Source of the DNA: Synergistales bacterium
GTDB taxonomy: Bacteria; Synergistota; Synergistia; Synergistales; JAFGMB01
DNA length: 64,000 nt
Direction of reading: 5' to 3'
Assembly: GCA_963666205.1 (NCBI GenBank)
Contig: OY762654.1
Location: 2,496,001-2,560,000, forward strand
Below the pieces are notes generated by a model. The model was not told the DNA's origin. It made no database searches and saw only the letters and a list, made by a program, of their open reading frames with translations. How positions within the stretch are numbered: position 1 is the stretch's first letter; every line of letters starts with the position of its first letter. The position numbers were made by a program, and so were the translations under genes. Below, piece by piece: positions 57,607 through 64,000 of the stretch.

Positions 57607-57624
57607 CCTTGAGGAAGTGACCTG

Positions 57625-58788
57625 ATGTATTCGGATCTTTCTTTAATAATAATTCTTAACGAGGGGATAAGGGGTCATCTGAGCCAGACCAGAGGTGTAG
57701 CCCACTGGCTTGCTGAATTGACGGGAGCCCGGATAACAGAGATCAAAGTGCCCGACCTTGCCGGATGGAGAAGGTTCTGGCAATTGAAAGTAAAGGCAAG
57801 ATCCCTTCGAAACTGGAGCATTCCGGAATGTGAAAAATGGCTTATTGATTCGGGAGGACGAGCCCTACTCGATGATCTTGCTTTAGAACTCGATCTTGCA
57901 GATGGAAAGGAAAAGGGGTGTATCCTTCTCTCTGCCGGTAATACTCCAGCTCCTTTCAACCTTGCTCTTGGGAGAACATTAGGTGTTAGAAGGGCTGTAT
58001 TAATGACTCCTTCTGTGATAGGAACAGATCCTTTTGATTTTGCCATCATTCCCGAACACGATTTTCCTCAACTGACTGACAACGTTTTAACCACTCTTGG
58101 TGCTCCCAACTGTATAATTCCAGATGAACTTGAGAAGAAGGGGAAAGAGCTTATTCATGATTTCCCTTCAGGAGATAGCGCATCCTGGGGAGTACTTATC
58201 GGTGGAGATACTGCAAATTACAGTATTGATCCTGAATGGATCAGAATAAACATCGGGGCATTACTTGAAGTATCCTTTGAAAGGGGAGCAGGTCTTTATA
58301 TAACGACCTCCAGAAGAACGAGTAAGGAAGCAGAAAGGGCTCTTGAAGAAATTACACGAGATAGGGAGAATGTCAGAATGAACCTTATTGCCTCGCGGGA
58401 TTCCCGTAATCCAGTTCCGGGGATACTTGGTCTGTGTACCCGGATCTTCTGCACCGAAGATTCTGTATCTATGCTTTCAGAGGCAGTTACTTCCGGTAAA
58501 GATATATTCCTTCTGAGGGTCAGAAAAAGAAGAGGTATTAGAATGCTTCTTGGGAAAATGACCAGACTTCTTGTCGATGCCCGATTTCTTCCTCTTTCCA
58601 GTCTCTGGGGGTTTTACAGGTTTGAGTTCATGAGGCAGAGGCTAATTAAAAAAGGTCTTATGGTTGAAATGCCTCCAGAAATAGACAAATGGACGGAAAT
58701 CATCTCGGCTGATATCAATAAAAGCAAGTTTGAATTCAATGAAGCAAAGCGTTCAGCTGAATGGATCCTGAAGAGGTTGAATGGATGA
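57625..58788 (+). CDS. ELM1/GtrOC1-family putative glycosyltransferase
   Basis: GHLSQTRG, IPEHD, LIGG, TTSRRT, NPVPGILG, TEDSVSMLSEA. Confidence 0.8.
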   Translation: MYSDLSLIIILNEGIRGHLSQTRGVAHWLAELTGARITEIKVPDLAGWRRFWQLKVKARSLRNWSIPECEKWLIDSGGRALLDDLALELDLADGKEKGCILLSAGNTPAPFNLALGRTLGVRRAVLMTPSVIGTDPFDFAIIPEHDFPQLTDNVLTTLGAPNCIIPDELEKKGKELIHDFPSGDSASWGVLIGGDTANYSIDPEWIRINIGALLEVSFERGAGLYITTSRRTSKEAERALEEITRDRENVRMNLIASRDSRNPVPGILGLCTRIFCTEDSVSMLSEAVTSGKDIFLLRVRKRRGIRMLLGKMTRLLVDARFLPLSSLWGFYRFEFMRQRLIKKGLMVEMPPEIDKWTEIISADINKSKFEFNEAKRSAEWILKRLNG

Positions 58789-59792
58789 ATATAATTCAGA
58801 TCCTTCCTGAATTCCATGAAGGGGGAGTGGAAAGACATGTACTCTGGCTTTCCAATGCTCTCGCTGACAGGGGGCATAGGGTCCTGGTAGTATCTGCTGG
58901 CGGGAAATTACTGTCTTATCTTTCAGGCGTAGAAAATCTGTCCCTGCCCGTTCATCTGAAAAATCCCCTTACTGCATATTATTCTGCACGTATCTTATCC
59001 AGATTGGCAAAGAAGGATAACTGGGAGATCATCCATGCCCACTCAAGGGTGCCAGCATGGATATCCTGGTGGACATCCAGTTTTTGCAATATCCCATGGA
59101 TAGTCACCTGTCATGCGAATTATTCCCTGAACATCGGGCTGAAGCCATATAAAAATGCATGGGCTGCCATATGTGTCAGTTCCTCTGTAAGAGAACATAT
59201 GGAGGCTTTTTTACCCTTTAATTCACGTGTCATTTCAAATGGGCTGCCGGAACCTGAGTTGATTTGGAACGGTCCTGATAATGATAAGATCCCGACTCAA
59301 ATATTGTTTATCGGCAGACTTACCAGAATCAAGGGTGTAGATATACTGTTGGAGGCTCTTGGTGCACTATCTCCTTTTGAATGGCACCTCGATATCGTTG
59401 GTGATGGTCCTATGCGAACAGAATTGGAGACTTTATCCCAATCTCTGGGACTTTCTTCCAGGGTGATTTTTCATGGCTTCAGGGAAGATACAGACGAATG
59501 GATGAGGAAATGTTCTTTCATGATATTCCCCTCCAGGAATGAGGGGATGCCTTTAACCCTTTGTCGGGCCATTCAGATGAAGGTTCCATTTATTGCTTCA
59601 GATATACCTCCAATTCGTGAGATCGTTACTGAAGAAAGTGTTTTGTTTTCTTCAGGTTTTTCTGTAGATCTTGCCGCAAAACTTTCGGCGATCCTTGAAG
59701 GAAAATTTAATCTGGTTCATGTGGACTCCTCGAGGATCCTGAATATTTCTGAAATGGTGGACAATGTAGAGGAAGTCTATAGTTCGCTGTAG
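58785..59792 (+). CDS. GT4 family glycosyltransferase
   Basis: GGVER, HAHSR, IGRLTRIKG, EGMPLTLC. Confidence 0.9.
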   Translation: MNIIQILPEFHEGGVERHVLWLSNALADRGHRVLVVSAGGKLLSYLSGVENLSLPVHLKNPLTAYYSARILSRLAKKDNWEIIHAHSRVPAWISWWTSSFCNIPWIVTCHANYSLNIGLKPYKNAWAAICVSSSVREHMEAFLPFNSRVISNGLPEPELIWNGPDNDKIPTQILFIGRLTRIKGVDILLEALGALSPFEWHLDIVGDGPMRTELETLSQSLGLSSRVIFHGFREDTDEWMRKCSFMIFPSRNEGMPLTLCRAIQMKVPFIASDIPPIREIVTEESVLFSSGFSVDLAAKLSAILEGKFNLVHVDSSRILNISEMVDNVEEVYSSL

Positions 59793-59891
59793 AAGTACCA
59801 GTTGTTGAAGGTTCTATGGTTATAATGTCTATTATGAACAGTTTACCTGTCTTTCAGGTAGAATGGTCCTTTTCAAGAGGAGGTTTTCCAT

Positions 59892-60947
59892 TTGAAAGTT
59901 CTCCATTATGTAAATGAAAATATCCTGTCATGGGCTAACCCCTTTCTTCAACTGTTACAATACTTCAACGGAATGGGGATAGAAAATGTTCTTCTTTGCC
60001 CCCCTGGGGGGACGCTGTCGGAAAAGGCTTCCATTTATGGCGTTGAGGTCCTGTATTATGAACCTAAATTCTCATCTCTGCCCGGCCTATGCAGAGGTTT
60101 TGGAAAGATGGCACGATCTGTAAATCCCGATATTATACATACCCGCCTTTCCTCTGCTGCATTTATAGCATCTGAATGGAAACACATAACAGGTTGTCCT
60201 GTCCTTTCAACGGTGGATAAATATGCAAAACTGAAATATTATCTTAAGTCAGATCACCTCGTAGCTGTTTCGAACGGTGTAAAGGACTGGTTTGTTAAGA
60301 GTGGATATCCGGAAGAGAAGATGAGTGTCATTGGGAACCCCTTGGACCTTTCCTTTTATGAACCGGTTATGAATGTACGGGAAAGGATCAGGTCTGAAGA
60401 GGGGATATCCACAGGCACTAAAATTATTCTCGGTGCTGGCCGGTTTGTGGACTGGAAAGGATTTGACATCCTTTTAAAGGCGTCTGAAAAGGCACTGGAG
60501 GGATCGGATTTTATCATCTGGCTGGCAGGCGATGGGCCTGAAAAAACCGTTCTTGAATCCTATGTGGCTTCCTCTCCTGTATTAAGCGAACATGTAAAAT
60601 TCTGGGGTTTTGTTCATGATATACGTCCATTCCTATGGGCCTCTGATCTTTTTATCCTTCCATCCAGCAAGCCTGAACCGTTCGGATTGGTCCTGCTTGA
60701 AGCCATGGCTTGTGGTCTTCCTGTAATAGCAACATCTGCAGGCGGTCCCATTGATATCGTATCTGATGATACGGGCTGGCTGGTGCCTCCCGGAGATGTT
60801 AAATCACTTTGTTCTACCATACAGAAGGCCCTGAAAGATCCCGAATTTAAATTAAAGGGATCAGCCTCCCTTAAAAGGGCTTCCCGGTTCGATGTCAAAA
60901 CAATAGGGGATGAATATATTCAAAAATACAGATCCCTGATCAATTGA
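59892..60947 (+). CDS. GT4 family glycosyltransferase
   Basis: AGRFVDWKG, EPFGLVLLEAMACG. Confidence 0.92.
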   Translation: MKVLHYVNENILSWANPFLQLLQYFNGMGIENVLLCPPGGTLSEKASIYGVEVLYYEPKFSSLPGLCRGFGKMARSVNPDIIHTRLSSAAFIASEWKHITGCPVLSTVDKYAKLKYYLKSDHLVAVSNGVKDWFVKSGYPEEKMSVIGNPLDLSFYEPVMNVRERIRSEEGISTGTKIILGAGRFVDWKGFDILLKASEKALEGSDFIIWLAGDGPEKTVLESYVASSPVLSEHVKFWGFVHDIRPFLWASDLFILPSSKPEPFGLVLLEAMACGLPVIATSAGGPIDIVSDDTGWLVPPGDVKSLCSTIQKALKDPEFKLKGSASLKRASRFDVKTIGDEYIQKYRSLIN

Positions 60948-61003
60948 CATACATTATTGCCTGTTGGTCCATATTACTTTCAGTGTAATGCTGCTGATGG
61001 AGG

Positions 61004-62047
61004 GTGAAAGTGATTATTCGGAATAGGTCTGATCATAGACTGCCACAGGAGGGCGATAAACTCCTTATCGTTAAATATAGTGCTCTGGGGGATGTTGTCG
61101 GGGCTACTTCTGTCGCCAGATGTCTTAAGCATCACTACCCCTTCCTCCATATATCATGGCTTGTTAATGGGGAAAATGCAGAGCTCATTAAAGATCAGCC
61201 CTTTATCGATGAACTGGTCATCTGGTCCAGGTCATGCGGGATAAAGAGCTTTCTCAGTTTGTTAAGAGATGTAAGAACAAGAGAGTACGATTGGCTGCTG
61301 GATCTGCAGTGGGTTGACAGAAGTTCTCTTATATCCCTTCTATCCTGTGCCGGTTTTAAAGTCGGATATCATAAAAGTCTTAAAAAGATATATGACTGGA
61401 CTCCTGGAAAAGAATGGGCGGATAATAAACCTCTTCTTCAGAGACAGGCCGTCGTTGCTGCTGGCCTTGGAGTGAATGACTGTCATCTCTTTCCTCCAGC
61501 CCTGAGGATCCCTGAGCCTGAAAAAAAATCAGCAGATATCCTTATTGGTCATTCAGGAGAACCCAGAGTAATGGCCATAATAGGTGCGAGCAAAGAAATA
61601 AAAACCTGGCCTATGAAAAACTGGCTGGATTTTCTGAACAAAATAGTAGAAATTGGTTGGATCCCTGTTATAGTGGGGCATCTGCAAAGAGAAATGGATA
61701 TGGCAGATGAATTAGAGAAAGCCTTGAATACGGAAAAAATCGTCAATATGACCGGAAAACTCACACTCCGGGAACTGGCATCTGTTGTTTCCTGTTGCGA
61801 TCTTGTCGTGGGGGGAGATAGCGGTCCTACCCATATCGCAAATGCAATTGGTATTCCTACAGTTGCAATATTCGGACCGACATGTCCTGAAACGGTCTTT
61901 CCTAAAGGTCCAAAGACTTTCATCTTAAAGGCTAAATGTCCTGATCAGGGTTGTAACAACTGGAATTGTACAGATTATGCAGGATGTCTTGGAAGTGTCA
62001 GTGCGGAAGAAGTACTGGAACTTTTGAACCTGAAAGGAATTATCTGA
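61004..62047 (+). CDS. GT9 family (heptosyltransferase-like) glycosyltransferase
   Basis: SALGDVV, KTWP, GDSGPTHIA, FGPT. Confidence 0.9.
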   Translation: MKVIIRNRSDHRLPQEGDKLLIVKYSALGDVVGATSVARCLKHHYPFLHISWLVNGENAELIKDQPFIDELVIWSRSCGIKSFLSLLRDVRTREYDWLLDLQWVDRSSLISLLSCAGFKVGYHKSLKKIYDWTPGKEWADNKPLLQRQAVVAAGLGVNDCHLFPPALRIPEPEKKSADILIGHSGEPRVMAIIGASKEIKTWPMKNWLDFLNKIVEIGWIPVIVGHLQREMDMADELEKALNTEKIVNMTGKLTLRELASVVSCCDLVVGGDSGPTHIANAIGIPTVAIFGPTCPETVFPKGPKTFILKAKCPDQGCNNWNCTDYAGCLGSVSAEEVLELLNLKGII

Positions 62048-62386
62048 GTCCATGAATAGGTTGGGACTTTTAATATAGCTTGATAGGAAAATGTATCATA
62101 GGGTAGAGGATATCTCCATGACTGTGAAGAAGTGGCCTGGTTATAATGTTCACCTTTATTTCTTTCTGAGAGTATTGTTCAATTGAAAATAACCTTTATA
62201 CATGATAATTTTTTTCTGGAAACTGAATGAATTTACAGATAGCTATCCTGGATATGGATCAGAAGGCAATGTTTCCGCATCTATCACTATATATGCTGTT
62301 CTTATGCGCCCTACAGGTTTATCTTTACTCCATGGTTAAACAGGTTGTCAGTAAGTTATTCCCTTTAAAGAATTATATAAGGTAGA

Positions 62387-63454
62387 TTGACTGTTCCTGT
62401 TTCAAAAGAACTGGAGGAAATTATTGTGAGGATTGACAGGAAAAGGGTACGAAAGGTTCTTATAATTGGATTATCATGCCTTGGAGATATGCTCCTTACT
62501 ACGGCAGCCCTGTGGAACCTCAGACTTTACCTTGGGGAAGATGCGTATTTTACCCTTTGGGTTCCTCCCAGGGCTATCCCTGCAGTAAAAGGAGACCCTT
62601 TATGGGATGCCGTAGAACCCTACGACAGGGGGGGAGAATATTCAGGCTTTATGGGCAGGATAAGGGCAATTCAAAAGATCCGGCAAGGGAAATACGACCT
62701 CATCCTTGACCTTAGGGCAACCCTGCTTCCTTTATTCAGCGGAGCCAGGTATGCACCTCTTTGGGGGCTCAGAGAGGTCTTTCTCCCCAAATCCATTCAC
62801 GAAGCTGAGCGCAACCTTTATGTTATCGGGAAATTGGGTGTTCCACTGGTACAGAGAAATCTGAGGTTTTTTATATCGGATGAAGTTCAGAATGACATCT
62901 GTAAAAATTATCCCCAACTGAGAAATAGACAAAGAGAAGCTCCCTTCATTGTATTTAATCCTGGAGGAAACAGCGGATATCCATCCAAATGCTGGCCTGT
63001 CAAGTCATTCGCAGAGCTGGGAAATATCCTCGTAAAAAGGTACAATGCCTTAATAGGTGTAATAGGTTATTCCAGCACCGAAGAAAAGACCGCGAGGGAG
63101 ATACTGGATGAACTGCCTGAAAAGAGCCGGCTGGATCTTGCAGGACAGCAGACAGACTTTCAACGGCTTTCTGCAATTCTTGGGTCTGCTGACCTTTTTG
63201 TAACCAATGATACTGGAACAATACATCTTGCGAGCGCAGTAGGTGTACCAACTGTCGGACTCTACGGCCCGTCACGGCCGGAGAGATATGGCCCATGGGG
63301 AAACCGGCACAGGATAGTTATTCCGGACCTTCCCTGTGCCCCCTGCAGGGGTAGAGGATGCATATCGGGTATTGAGGATTGCATGAGCCATATATCCGTA
63401 AACATGGTTTTTTCTTCCTGTAAGGAACTGTTACAAGATTTTTATCAGACATAA
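62387..63454 (+). CDS. GT9 family (heptosyltransferase-like) glycosyltransferase
   Basis: SCLGDML, KCWP, NDTGTIHLA, YGPS, CAPC. Confidence 0.9.
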   Translation: MTVPVSKELEEIIVRIDRKRVRKVLIIGLSCLGDMLLTTAALWNLRLYLGEDAYFTLWVPPRAIPAVKGDPLWDAVEPYDRGGEYSGFMGRIRAIQKIRQGKYDLILDLRATLLPLFSGARYAPLWGLREVFLPKSIHEAERNLYVIGKLGVPLVQRNLRFFISDEVQNDICKNYPQLRNRQREAPFIVFNPGGNSGYPSKCWPVKSFAELGNILVKRYNALIGVIGYSSTEEKTAREILDELPEKSRLDLAGQQTDFQRLSAILGSADLFVTNDTGTIHLASAVGVPTVGLYGPSRPERYGPWGNRHRIVIPDLPCAPCRGRGCISGIEDCMSHISVNMVFSSCKELLQDFYQT

Positions 63455-63473
63455 GATCCGGGAGGTACAGGGA

Positions 63474-64000
63474 ATGTATATAGTTACAGGTGGAATGGGG
63501 TTTATTGGCAGTAACATTGTCAAAGAACTGAATAACAGAGGTATCGATGATATTCTCGTGGTAGATAATGCCGGATCAGGGGATAAATTCCTTAATCTCT
63601 GCGATCTACAGATAGCAGATTATATGGACAGGGAAGAATTCCGCTATCAGCTGGAGAATGACCTTTTCAGCTATGGAGTGGATGCCATTTTTCACCAGGG
63701 TGCCTGTGCTGTTACTACTGAACGTAATGGTAACTATATGCTGGAAAACAACTTTACATTTTCAAAGGTCCTCTTTGATTTCTCAATACAGATGAAGATA
63801 CCCTTCATATATGCCTCCAGTGCTGCTGTTTATGGTAACAATACCGTTTTCGTGGAAGAGCCGGTCAATGAAAACCCGATAAATGTCTACGGTTATTCAA
63901 AACTTCTTTTTGATCAGTATGTCAGGAAAAACCTTTATCGTGCCGAATCAACCGTGGCAGGCCTCAGATATTTCAATGTGTTCGGTCCGGGAGAATACCA
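63474..64000 (+). CDS. hldD: ADP-L-glycero-D-manno-heptose 6-epimerase (partial, runs off the window)
   Basis: Not in the track. GGGAGG RBS; MYIVTGGMGFIGSN, FHQGAC, YASSAAVYG, PINVYGYSK, LRYFNVFGPGEY. Confidence 0.93.
   Translation, partial: MYIVTGGMGFIGSNIVKELNNRGIDDILVVDNAGSGDKFLNLCDLQIADYMDREEFRYQLENDLFSYGVDAIFHQGACAVTTERNGNYMLENNFTFSKVLFDFSIQMKIPFIYASSAAVYGNNTVFVEEPVNENPINVYGYSKLLFDQYVRKNLYRAESTVAGLRYFNVFGPGEY

Noticed and set aside
62048-62386. 340-bp AT-rich gap between the GT9 genes as an ncRNA or small gene
   Set aside because: No convincing RBS-ORF, stable structure or repeat was seen; probably a promoter region.
1-64000. CRISPR arrays, IS elements, prophage, rRNA, T-box or known riboswitches
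   Set aside because: No regularly spaced short repeats, transposase or phage motifs, or RNA consensus sequences were recognised by eye. An Infernal/Rfam scan would be needed to exclude RNAs formally.

Overview
A 64-kb bacterial chromosome segment with almost all genes on the + strand. The mix of a Bacillus-like trmFO-xerC-hslVU-codY operon, a lipid A/Kdo/BamA outer-membrane cluster and amino-acid fermentation genes suggests an anaerobic diderm such as Synergistota (inference only). Layout: (1) 1-8.5 kb, a polar amino-acid ABC transporter, secreted Cys peptidase, AI-2E transporter, M20 amidohydrolase and PLP Ser/Thr dehydratase. (2) 8.6-20.3 kb, an amino-acid catabolic block: TetR with two palindromic operators, two tandem Leu/Phe/Val-type dehydrogenases identical except in two putative substrate-pocket segments, a Na+ symporter, and a 2,493-bp direct duplication of iorAB bracketing tRNA-Ser, a CoA-binding protein and a thioesterase. 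(3) 20.2-36.9 kb, housekeeping and competence genes (pilin-like ORF, lepB, rbgA, rnhB, yraN, comM, dprA, topA, trmFO, xerC, hslVU, codY, S1/DUF501/Ppx) and three tRNAs. (4) 36.9-64 kb, an alternative sigma factor and membrane partner heading a long envelope cluster: bamA, an uncharacterised beta-rich protein, lpxD/C/A/I/B, fabZ, kdsC/A/D, lptF/G, msbA, two extra LpxB-like domains (one fused to LpxK), waaA, a frameshifted deoxyhypusine-synthase-like gene, an ELM1-type GT, GT4/GT9 enzymes and hldD. No CRISPR array, transposase or prophage was seen. All family assignments come from motif recognition by eye, not database searches.
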